From Candidatus Peribacteria bacterium RIFCSPHIGHO2_01_FULL_51_35 (GTDB taxonomy: Bacteria; Patescibacteriota; Gracilibacteria; Peribacterales; Peribacteraceae), in the NCBI GenBank assembly GCA_001787535.1, contig MFXP01000006.1:56339-120338 (forward strand): a DNA stretch of 64,000 nucleotides, in the 5' to 3' direction. Under the pieces are notes generated by a model. That model saw nothing but the letters and a program-made list of their open reading frames with translations. It was not told the DNA's origin and searched no databases. The first letter of the stretch is position 1, and the number at the start of each line of letters is the position of its first letter. Positions 42,676-50,689 of the stretch are shown here, piece after piece. The position numbers and the translations under genes were made by a program.

Positions 42676-43866
42676 ATGGACTTACGAAATTTCAGCCAAA
42701 ATCTCGAACCATTTATGCGCGTGGAGGAACGTCGTAAGCGGATCGAAAGCGAACTCGGCGTCGATCTTTCTCTACTTTCGATAGAAGAAAAGAAGATCGG
42801 ACAGGCTGATGAGAAAAATTGTGAGCAAATGTTCGGCGCGGTTCCTATCCCTGTCGGTCTTGCAGGACCACTGACAATCCATTTTAGTTCCGGTGAAGTC
42901 CAGGAGGTGTATCTGCCACTGGCTACGACGGAAGGAGCGTTGATTGCGAGCGTGAATCGCGGATGCAAAGCGCTTTCCCAAGCGGGCGGCGTGCATGTGA
43001 AGTCCGAGTACAAAGGAATCACACGATCGATTGCGTTTGAAGTACAAAGTACAAAGTGCGAAGTGCGAAGGAAAGAGATTGAGGAGCTTGAAAGCGAGTG
43101 GAAAAAATTTGCGGAAGCAACGAGCGATCATTTGAAAGTTTTATCCTATGAAATCGATGCGAAGGATGATTTTCTCTTCTTAACAATCGCAGCCGATACC
43201 GACGAAGCCATGGGTATGAACATGATTACGATTGCCGCCGATGCAGTGGGACATTTTCTTTCCGAGAAGCTCGGCATTCCCCTTATAACAATTGCAGCAA
43301 ATGTAGACAGCGACAAAAAACCAAGTGAGCGGACGAAAAAGCTCGGCCGAGGCTACGATGTGCGTGCCGAAGCAACGCTCACGGAAGAAGTTCTGCAATC
43401 AGTTCTAAGGGCAGATGCCGCAGCCATGCTGAAAACAGCGCATGCAAAGCTGGAGATTGGATCTTCCATTGCAGGATCACTGGGAAAGAATCTCCACGCC
43501 GCGAACATCGTCGCTGCGTTGTACCTTGCAATGGGGCAGGATGCTGCGCACGTGGTGGAAGGGTCGCTCACCGATACACGCGTTGAAATCGTAGGGGCAC
43601 GGCATGCCGTGCCCCTACAACCGTTGCGTGTATCGGTTCATTGCCCCGCCATCCTTGTTGGCGTTCGCGGTGGCGGCACGGCACTGCCTGCCCAAAAACA
43701 ATGCTTGGATCTCTTGCTCAAAAACCGCACATCGCTGCATCCATCCAAGCAACTTGCGGAAAGTATCGGTGCTGCTGTCCTTGCGGGAGAAGTCTCTCTT
43801 TTAGCCGCACAAGCGACGAATACTTTGGCGGAGTCGCACAAAAAACATGCTCGGAAGGATCATTGA
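42676..43866 (+). CDS. HMG-CoA reductase (class I/archaeal-like catalytic domain, no membrane anchor)
   Basis: Start reassigned to MDLRNF. ENCEQMFGAVPIPVGLAGPL, LPLATTEGALIASVNRGCKA, DAMGMNMIT and a C-terminal HKKH-like segment. Confidence 0.85.
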   Translation: MDLRNFSQNLEPFMRVEERRKRIESELGVDLSLLSIEEKKIGQADEKNCEQMFGAVPIPVGLAGPLTIHFSSGEVQEVYLPLATTEGALIASVNRGCKALSQAGGVHVKSEYKGITRSIAFEVQSTKCEVRRKEIEELESEWKKFAEATSDHLKVLSYEIDAKDDFLFLTIAADTDEAMGMNMITIAADAVGHFLSEKLGIPLITIAANVDSDKKPSERTKKLGRGYDVRAEATLTEEVLQSVLRADAAAMLKTAHAKLEIGSSIAGSLGKNLHAANIVAALYLAMGQDAAHVVEGSLTDTRVEIVGARHAVPLQPLRVSVHCPAILVGVRGGGTALPAQKQCLDLLLKNRTSLHPSKQLAESIGAAVLAGEVSLLAAQATNTLAESHKKHARKDH

Positions 43867-43920
43867 CGTTCCTGGGTTTTCTGCCTTCTTTGCCCTTTTC
43901 CTCTGCTATACTTCTGCCCC

Positions 43921-44955
43921 ATGGCATCTTCCGCCATTGTCGGTTTCGGCATGTATCTGCCGAAGTATCGTATCCGCACGGCGGAGATCGCAGCACACTG
44001 GGGGGAAGACCCCGCAGGGCTCATGGCGAACTTGGGCGTCGAAGAAAAAACAGTGCCGGGAAAAGATGAAGACAGTTTCACGCTGGGGTTCGAAGCAGGA
44101 AAGATGGCGATCGAAAATGCAGGCATCAAGGCTTCCCAAATTTCTGCAATCTTTGTGGGATCCGAATCGCATCCGTATGCCGTAAAGCCGACGAGCGGAA
44201 TGCTGGCGGCTGCACTAGAGTTGGATCCTTTCTGTCATGCCGCAGATTTGGAATTCGCCTGCAAGGCAGGCACGGCTGCCATGCAAATTGGGGATGCATT
44301 CGTACGTAGCGGCCAAGTAAACTTCGCCATGGCGATGGGAACGGACACGGCGCAGGGAAAACCCGGCGATGCACTGGAGTACACGGCTGCCGCCGGTGCT
44401 GCTGCGGTGATCCTTTGCACAGCCACGGCAAAGAACGCGCTCTGCAAGATTGATCACACCTTATCTTTCACCACGGACACGCCGGATTTCTGGCGCGCTG
44501 CCGATGAAAAATATCCCAGACACGCGGGACGTTTTACAGGCGAGCCGGGATACTTCCACCACATGCGGGAAGCCATCAAAGGAATTCTGGAAATTGGGAA
44601 CATCAAGATGAAGGAGATCGATCACGTGATATTGCACATGCCGAACGCCAAGTTCCCTCTGCGCATCGCGAAAGAATGCGGCATCAGTAAGGAACAACTT
44701 GATCACGGCTTCATTGTTCCGACCGTCGGTAACACGTACAGCGCGTGTTCCCTCCTGGGTCTGACAAACGTGTTGCAGAAGGCAAAAAAAGGAGAAAGAA
44801 TCCTGCTGGTCTCCTACGGTTCCGGCGCAGGCTGCGACGCTTTCCTCTGCACGATGCTCAAAAACGGCGCGGGTCTGCCTCCGGACACGCGCGCAATCTC
44901 GTACTTGCCGTACAGTACGTATCTGGAACACTCGGGTGCACTGGCGGCAAAATAA
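43921..44955 (+). CDS. HMG-CoA synthase, archaeal-type (thiolase-fold condensing enzyme)
   Basis: IVGFGMYLPKYRI...EDSFTLG..A...A......I.AIFVGSESHPYAVKP, ACKAGTAAM (active-site Cys context), HMPNAKF, GNTYSAS-like. Confidence 0.8.
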   Translation: MASSAIVGFGMYLPKYRIRTAEIAAHWGEDPAGLMANLGVEEKTVPGKDEDSFTLGFEAGKMAIENAGIKASQISAIFVGSESHPYAVKPTSGMLAAALELDPFCHAADLEFACKAGTAAMQIGDAFVRSGQVNFAMAMGTDTAQGKPGDALEYTAAAGAAAVILCTATAKNALCKIDHTLSFTTDTPDFWRAADEKYPRHAGRFTGEPGYFHHMREAIKGILEIGNIKMKEIDHVILHMPNAKFPLRIAKECGISKEQLDHGFIVPTVGNTYSACSLLGLTNVLQKAKKGERILLVSYGSGAGCDAFLCTMLKNGAGLPPDTRAISYLPYSTYLEHSGALAAK

Positions 44956-44960
44956 TCTTC

Positions 44961-46091
44961 ATGGAAAAAGACATTTTCCTCGTCGGCCAGGGACTTACGC
45001 GTTTTGGTGAACACTGGGATAGGAGTCTGCTCAACCTGATGGATGAAGCGACAGAAGCGGCACTAAAGAACTCCGGGCTCAATGCACTGGATGTTGATCT
45101 GGTGATTGTCGCGAACATGCTTGGCGAACGCACGAATAACCAAGCGCACCTTGGTGCTCTCGCATCCGCATTGTTGCCGCATCACCCGCCTGCGCTGCGC
45201 ATAGAATCCGCGTGCGGATCGGGCGCGATGGCGCTGCACACTGCAGCCGCATATTTGGAGAGCAAACGCGCGGAAACAGTTCTTGTGATCGGCGTGGAAA
45301 AAATGACGGATGTCTCGGTGGATGAAGTGAGTGCAGCATTGATGGGAGCCGCGGACAGCGAGCTGGATGCTCCGTCGGGACTGACATTCCCGGGCATCTT
45401 TGGATTGATCACACAACGCTACATGCATGAGTACGGCCTGACACGCGAGCAACTGAGTTTGGTGAGCGCGGTGCATCACAGACAGGGCAAAGAAAATCCG
45501 TTCGCACAGTTCCGGTTCGATGTGAGTCCGGAAAAAGTGACGGCCAGTCCCATGGTTGCGGATCCTCTGCGGTTGCTGGATTGTTCTCCTGTCAGCGATG
45601 GCGCAGCCGTCTGCATCCTATCCACAACACACAGAAGCGAACTTCGCTTGGCAGCCAGCCAAATTGCGAGTGACTCGGTGAGCATCACGGAGCGTGCTTC
45701 CATCACAAGCTTCTCTGCCACACGCGACGCCATGCAACGTGCACTGAAAGAAGCAGAGATTGATCGTGAAGAGATCCGCGCACTGGAAACCCATGACTGC
45801 TTCTCTATGGCAGCCATTATCAATATGGAAGACCTTGGCTTTGCGGAGCCCGGTGAAGGAATCAGCGTCTACGAACGCATTCACGCAGGAGATTACCCAA
45901 CGTTCGTGAATAAGAGCGGTGGTTTGAAATCCTGTGGCCATCCTGTCGCCGCAACGGGCATCAAGCAAATGATCGATATTGCAAAGCAACTCGGCGCTTC
46001 CAAAGAGCAGTATGGCCTTGCGCACAATTTCGGTGGGGCATGCGCCAGCTGCGGTATCCATATATTGGAAAATTTAGATGCTTCCTCATGA
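44961..46091 (+). CDS. acetyl-CoA acetyltransferase (archaeal-type thiolase)
   Basis: MEKDIFLVGQGLTRFGEHW, ESACGSGAMAL (catalytic Cys), ETHDCFS, GHPVAATGI and GGACASCGIHIL. Confidence 0.85.
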   Translation: MEKDIFLVGQGLTRFGEHWDRSLLNLMDEATEAALKNSGLNALDVDLVIVANMLGERTNNQAHLGALASALLPHHPPALRIESACGSGAMALHTAAAYLESKRAETVLVIGVEKMTDVSVDEVSAALMGAADSELDAPSGLTFPGIFGLITQRYMHEYGLTREQLSLVSAVHHRQGKENPFAQFRFDVSPEKVTASPMVADPLRLLDCSPVSDGAAVCILSTTHRSELRLAASQIASDSVSITERASITSFSATRDAMQRALKEAEIDREEIRALETHDCFSMAAIINMEDLGFAEPGEGISVYERIHAGDYPTFVNKSGGLKSCGHPVAATGIKQMIDIAKQLGASKEQYGLAHNFGGACASCGIHILENLDASS

Positions 46092-46094
46092 CCT

Positions 46095-46186
46095 TATTCG
46101 CAAGTTATATTGCTATATTGTTATATGGTTACCTCAAATTCGATCCGTGCTTGGCTAACAATATAGCAATATAACGTATAGCAATT
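46095..46186. repeat. ATTGCTATATTGTTAT-family long inverted repeat (copy 2 of 3)
   Basis: ttcgcaagttatattgctatattgttatatgg - loop - ggctaacaatatagcaatataacgtatagcaa. Confidence 0.8.
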
Positions 46187-46189
46187 CCT

Positions 46190-47104
46190 ATGTCTTCTCC
46201 TTCGATTATCCATCGGGCACAAAAAAAAAGGGCATCCAAGCTCCAGGCAGGCACCGTCCTCTCCTTTACTGTCCTCGCGCATCCTCCTGCGCGTTTTGGC
46301 AAAAGGCCCCGGCAGATCGGGTTGATCCAATTGGAGGACGGCAGCAGCGTGCTGGCTCCGCTCTTGGCCGAACGCCCATTCATAGGACAACGGGTTCACG
46401 CACGCATGCGCCTGTCCCATGTGACGGAAGAGAAGCTGCGCGTCTACGAAGTGAGTTACGAAGCGCTCTCGGAAGTCCCTGCCATCATGGAAAAGACCTT
46501 CCCGGGGTACATCCTCGCGCTCACGGGTCCGTCCGGCGTTGGCAAAACAACCGTCAGCCGCATGCTGGTGCAAATGTTCTCCGATGTCGCCGTCAATGTT
46601 CCGATTGTGACGACACGGAAGGAGAAACCCGGTGATGAAGGAGAATATGTGTATGCCCCCACCACAGAGTTCGACGAATGGAAGCGCGGAGGCTTGCTGG
46701 TGGCTGCTACGGATATCCCTTCGCGCGGCGAACATCGTCAGTACGGCTACCGCCGAGCGGATTTCGAAGCCATTTGGAAGGAGGGAAAATTGCCAGTCGT
46801 GATCACAGAGATGCATCTTCTCAAAGATCTAGCGAATACGTTCGGCCGAAGATCGATCCTTTCGTTCGGGTTGCTGCCTCCCGGCAAGAGCAAGCGCGCC
46901 AAGCTCTCGCAGCTGCTACATCGCTTACGCAAGCGCGGCCGCGAAACGGAAGCGCACATTCAAGATCGTTTGAAGAATGCGGAGAGAGACCTGGCGTTCT
47001 TCAAGGAGCGTTCGGATCTGTTTGATCACGTCGTCGTTAACAAAGACTTGAATGTTGTCATCCGCAGCATGCAGAAGCGCATCCCGGGACTTTCGCAGGC
47101 CTGA
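46190..47104 (+). CDS. fusion protein: DUF35-type OB-fold domain (N) + guanylate-kinase-like P-loop NMP kinase domain (C)
   Basis: N-terminal GTVLSFTVLAHPPARFGKRPRQIGLIQLEDGSSVLAPLLAERPFIGQRVHARMRL fits the DUF35 C-terminal OB pattern. The C-terminal half has LTGPSGVGKTT (P-loop) and VTTRKEKPGDEGEYVY...QYGY (Gmk-like). Confidence 0.75.
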   Translation: MSSPSIIHRAQKKRASKLQAGTVLSFTVLAHPPARFGKRPRQIGLIQLEDGSSVLAPLLAERPFIGQRVHARMRLSHVTEEKLRVYEVSYEALSEVPAIMEKTFPGYILALTGPSGVGKTTVSRMLVQMFSDVAVNVPIVTTRKEKPGDEGEYVYAPTTEFDEWKRGGLLVAATDIPSRGEHRQYGYRRADFEAIWKEGKLPVVITEMHLLKDLANTFGRRSILSFGLLPPGKSKRAKLSQLLHRLRKRGRETEAHIQDRLKNAERDLAFFKERSDLFDHVVVNKDLNVVIRSMQKRIPGLSQA

Positions 47105-47107
47105 AGT

Positions 47108-47680
47108 ATGGCACTCATCCTTGCTTCAGCCAGTCCGCAACGCAAAACCCTTCTTCGGGGAATCGGCGTTTCCTTTCAAGCGATCCCAAGTTCTATTGAT
47201 GAAAATGCCTGCGACGAAAAAGATCCGGGCAAACGTGCGGAAACATTGGCACTTTTGAAAGCACGCGATGTGAAAACATCACACCCCAATGATTGGATCC
47301 TCGGCTGCGACACGCTGGTGGAAGCCCATGATGGCTCGGTCTTGGAAAAGCCGGCAGATGCTGCTGATGCGCGAAGAATGATCGCACTACAGAGCGGCAA
47401 AACATCAAAAGTCCATTCTGCCATCGCATTGATCGCTCCTGCCGGAAAAGAATATGTCGGCCTTTCCACCTCGCACGTCCGTTTCGCTACGCTTGATACA
47501 AAGACGATCGATGCATGGATCGAACAAGGATTCTGGGAAGACCGTTCGGGGGCCTTTCAAATCGACGGCCCCGGACAGTTATTGATCGAGCATCTGGAAG
47601 GAGACTGGACAGGGGTCGTGGGGCTGCCGGTTTTCCTCTTCGGACAGCTGTATCGCAAAGCGGGCTTGGCCATCACGTAA
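47108..47680 (+). CDS. maf: Maf-like nucleoside triphosphate pyrophosphatase
   Basis: LILASASPQRKTLL, GCDTLV and GAFQIDG motifs. Confidence 0.9.
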   Translation: MALILASASPQRKTLLRGIGVSFQAIPSSIDENACDEKDPGKRAETLALLKARDVKTSHPNDWILGCDTLVEAHDGSVLEKPADAADARRMIALQSGKTSKVHSAIALIAPAGKEYVGLSTSHVRFATLDTKTIDAWIEQGFWEDRSGAFQIDGPGQLLIEHLEGDWTGVVGLPVFLFGQLYRKAGLAIT

Positions 47681-47928
47681 TATTTGCTTCTGCGGGATCC
47701 GATCCTTCCCCAATGCGCGTGTCTTGATAATATTTACCGGCTTCGGCTCCGCCTTTGTCTTCCTGGGTCTTCTGATCATCGTCATCACCATTACCGCCGT
47801 TCTTTTTTTTCTTTGGCTCATCAAACATACGTAGAGATTGGAAAAGTATTTCTGATGATAGCGAAAAAGGAACATCGGAGCCAGAAAGAATATGTTTTAA
47901 TTTCTTCCTCTCGTTCGAAGCAAAATTC

Positions 47929-48114
47929 CATAGGAGGGGTGGCGCGCCATGGGGGGTGAAGGGGAAGCCCCTGTTTTCCGTCCCGCGCATGCGGGACGGA
48001 GTCGAACGAGCCGAGCCGAAGCCTTGGAGGCTCGGCGAGGAGACACAGGGGCGGGCGGAGGAGCTCTGGCGCGCCGGCGTTTTGGCTCCACCTTTGTCGC
48101 CGGACAAAGGTGGA
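47929..48114 (+). repeat. 186-nt structured repeat element, copy A (candidate ncRNA or MITE-like element)
   Basis: Conserved termini are shared with 59004-59172 (ggtggcgcgcca.ggggggtgaaggggaag ... ggcgcgccggcgttttggctccacctttgtcgccggacaaaggtgga). Three internal helices are maintained by different sequences. Confidence 0.8.
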
Positions 48115-48134
48115 AAAACAAGAATCAATCATGG

Positions 48135-48163
48135 TAGAGATCGACCAGCGGTCGATCTCTACA
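48135..48163. repeat. GTAGAGATCGACC...GGTCGATCTCTAC hairpin (family copy)
   Basis: gtagagatcgaccagcggtcgatctctac. A near-identical unit lies inside dusB at 17255-17283. Confidence 0.85.
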
Positions 48164-48231
48164 AAAGATTTGAGAAATCAAAAAACGGAGCACCGGATCT
48201 CGGCACTCCGCTTGGAATCACAATATTGTTA

Positions 48232-48885
48232 TTAATTTGTCGGAGCCGACGTCCTCATGGGAGCCGTGCTCTCACGCTTTGTTCCTTCGCGCGCTTGACG
48301 CAGCATTTCCAGACGATTCTTGAGCGTGTTCGGCAGAGTCGTGCGTGAGCGAGCCTTAATAAGATCATTCAAAATCCCCGTGCGGTTTCCGCTCTTCAAT
48401 TTTGATCCCGCGAGTTTCACACAGAGTTCAAAGAAACCGGAAACGTAGTTCTTCAAGCTTTCCGGGCAGTAGCCTGCACGCTCGTAGCGGCGGAGCAGCA
48501 AACGGTCATCATCGGAAATATTCTGCGCCGTGACAACGTCCGTCCTCTTCGGAGCGGCACTGTGCTCGGCTTCCTCCTCCGCTTTCTGCAAGTAGAAGTC
48601 GACCGTGGCGGGGTCATTGATATCCGGCTTCACGAGCCCCATTTCACCCCTCTTCAAGCGATCACGGTAGAGTTCAATGGCCTTGTGATACTCACGCGCA
48701 CGCAATCTCCTGTCCGTGGTGTCCGCCTTTGCCGCCTTTTGGACGTCCGGAACTCCCACTTCCAATCGCGTCCCATCATCGTGCTGCGAACGGAAAAGCG
48801 CTTCCGTCGAAAGAGGGATGGAAGCAATCGACACAAGAACCGCGAGGCTCAAAGCGACGAAATTATGAACATGTTCTTTGTGCAT
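48232..48885 (-). CDS. secreted hypothetical protein (217 aa)
   Basis: N-terminal anchor/signal segment (FVALSLAVLVSIASIPL) followed by charged helical sequence. No motif. Confidence 0.55.
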   Translation of the reverse strand: MHKEHVHNFVALSLAVLVSIASIPLSTEALFRSQHDDGTRLEVGVPDVQKAAKADTTDRRLRAREYHKAIELYRDRLKRGEMGLVKPDINDPATVDFYLQKAEEEAEHSAAPKRTDVVTAQNISDDDRLLLRRYERAGYCPESLKNYVSGFFELCVKLAGSKLKSGNRTGILNDLIKARSRTTLPNTLKNRLEMLRQAREGTKRESTAPMRTSAPTN

Positions 48886-48930
48886 AGGTGTGTGTTGGAA
48901 ATACCTTATTATTATACCTTATTTTAGTGT

Positions 48931-49893
48931 TTATCGCAATCCCACAGCTTTCCGCACTTTCTCCATGGTTTTCTGGGCTTCTTTGGATGCCCTTTTCGCT
49001 CCATCGGCCAGAATCTCCGAGACACCTGCCAAATCCTGTTTCAGAGCGGCACGCTTCTCGCGCATCGGGGTAAACACGTCCATGTACGTTGCAAAAAGCT
49101 TCTTCTTCGCATCGCCGTATGCGAGCCCATTGCGATACTCCTCAGCTAATGCTTTTGCTTCGGATTCATTGAGGAAAAGCGCATGGATTTGGTAGATGAT
49201 GCACGCCTTTGGATCTTTGGGATCGTTCGCCCCTTTGGAATCCGTTTTGATGCCCATGATCGCTTTTTTGATGGCGCTCTCTTCCCCAAAAATAGGGATG
49301 ATATTGCCGTAGCTCTTGCTCATTTTCTGCCCATCGGTGCCGGGGACCACCGCAACATCCGCTCTGATCTGCGGTTCCGGAAGGACAAACGTCTTCCCGA
49401 ACGCGTGATTGAATTTTCCTCCGATATCGCGTGCGATTTCTACGTGCTGTTTCTGATCCTTTCCAACAGGTACGACATCCGCTTGATACAAAAGGATATC
49501 GGCAGCCATCAGTACGGGATACGTAAAGAGGCCAACGGTGGCGGAAACGCCCTTCTCTACTTTTTCCTTGTAGCTCACCGCACGCTCTAAAAGCCCCATA
49601 GGGGAAACCGTGGAGAGGATCCAAAGAAGTTCAGTGTGTTCAGAAACAGCGGATTGATACCAGAGAACAGTTTTTAGAGGATCCAGTCCGCATGCGAGGA
49701 TGTCCAACACCGCATCTTCCCGATACGTTTTCAACAATTTCGGATCGTGCAGAGTCGTGAGCGCATGCAGATCGACGACAAAGTAAAAGCTTTGATCCGC
49801 CTTTGCCGCCATCTCTACATTCGGTTTGATGGATCCGAAATAATTGCCCAGATGCAGTTGGCCCGAAGGTTGGATTCCGGAGAGGACTCTCAT
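48931..49893 (-). CDS. trpS: tryptophan--tRNA ligase
   Basis: Start reassigned to MRVLSGIQPSGQLHLGNYFG (HIGH-type motif). KMSKS present (GQKMSKSYGN). The ORF-track N-terminus reads through the repeat/IS end. Confidence 0.93.
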   Translation of the reverse strand: MRVLSGIQPSGQLHLGNYFGSIKPNVEMAAKADQSFYFVVDLHALTTLHDPKLLKTYREDAVLDILACGLDPLKTVLWYQSAVSEHTELLWILSTVSPMGLLERAVSYKEKVEKGVSATVGLFTYPVLMAADILLYQADVVPVGKDQKQHVEIARDIGGKFNHAFGKTFVLPEPQIRADVAVVPGTDGQKMSKSYGNIIPIFGEESAIKKAIMGIKTDSKGANDPKDPKACIIYQIHALFLNESEAKALAEEYRNGLAYGDAKKKLFATYMDVFTPMREKRAALKQDLAGVSEILADGAKRASKEAQKTMEKVRKAVGLR

Positions 49894-49940
49894 GATTTGG
49901 AGTATATATTGATCAGTGGGCAAAACCCAATGATCTGAAT

Positions 49941-49969
49941 AATGACCAATGACCATAGACCAATCAGAA
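49941..49969. repeat. AATGACC-family repeat arm, left flank of the IS200-like element
   Basis: aatgaccaatgaccatagaccaatcagaa is approximately the reverse complement of 50634-50676. Confidence 0.8.
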
Positions 49970-50633
49970 CTACCGGCAGAGCCGGTAGTATGAGGAAAGC
50001 CCCTGGAAGGGGCTAAGTAGGAATGCATACTACCGATGGCTCTGCTTCTTAATTCCAGTACAGATCAAGTTGTGGACCGTCGAAGAATTGATCGTTCTTC
50101 CATTGGTCTTGGATGTATTTGCGGATGGCATCGGGATCTTGACCGACGGTGCTCACGAAGTATCCGCGAGACCAGAAGGATTTTTGGGGACCTCCTTGCT
50201 TGCGCTTGGAACACTGCTGATGGATGCGGATAGCGCTTTTCCCTTTGAGGAATCCCATGACATGGGCGACGCTGTATTTGGGCGGGATGGAGAGGAGGAG
50301 ATGAATGTGGTCGGGGCAGGCATTTCCTTCGAGCACTTCGGTTTCCTTCTGCTTGCTAAGCTCTCGAATGATTTTGCCAACCTGGACACGCACAGCTCCG
50401 TACAGGATTTTTTTGCGGTACTTTGGTACAATCACGATGTGGTACTTACAGTTCCATATCGTGTGGCTCTGTGATTAGAAAGAACACATGTGTTGAGACA
50501 GGGAATGCTCCTTCGCTGGGACTTTCCCTGTACCAAAGTACCGTATGCCAATGCCGGGACGGTGGAACCTGGCGGCGTCTCACCGGCGGAGCCGGTGGTT
50601 TCCAAATAGGGAATGACCAAGATGGTTTGGCTA
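49970..50633 (-). mobile_element. IS200/IS605-family insertion sequence (about 660 bp, boundaries approximate)
   Basis: A single Y1-transposase gene with similar subterminal hairpins in direct orientation: ctaccggcagagccggtag (49970-49988) and caccggcggagccggtgg (50581-50598). Confidence 0.75.
50049..50435 (-). CDS. tnpA: IS200-type Y1 (HUH) transposase TnpA, apparently lacking a canonical start
   Basis: PKYRKKILYG, PDHIHLLLSIPPKYSVAHVMGFLKGKSA (HUH) and FWSRGYFVSTVG (catalytic Tyr). The frame stays open upstream (SQSHTIWNCKYHIV) to a TAA at 50475-50477, with no ATG and only the GTG at 50435. Confidence 0.85.
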   Translation of the reverse strand: MIVPKYRKKILYGAVRVQVGKIIRELSKQKETEVLEGNACPDHIHLLLSIPPKYSVAHVMGFLKGKSAIRIHQQCSKRKQGGPQKSFWSRGYFVSTVGQDPDAIRKYIQDQWKNDQFFDGPQLDLYWN

Positions 50634-50676
50634 TTCTGATTTTCGTTGGTCATTGGTCATTGTGTCATTGGTCATT
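50634..50676. repeat. GGTCATT-family repeat arm, right flank of the IS200-like element
   Basis: ttctgattttcgttggtcattggtcattgtgtcattggtcatt. Confidence 0.8.
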
Positions 50677-50689
50677 TCCCTGTCGGGAG

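Noticed and set aside
47673-48348. Several overlapping ORFs (47673..48128 -, 47956..48348 +, 47949..48137 +) and the analogous 58983..59207 +
   Set aside because: They translate the GC-rich palindromic repeat elements, and the same peptide ...LARRRFGSTFVAGQRW... appears at both loci because the DNA repeat is shared. There is no start context. They are considered non-coding.
49988-50016. GAGGAAAGCCC motif resembling the RNase P RNA conserved GAGGAAAGUCC
   Set aside because: It lies inside the IS200-like element end next to its hairpins. One mismatch is present, and none of the other conserved RNase P RNA regions is nearby.
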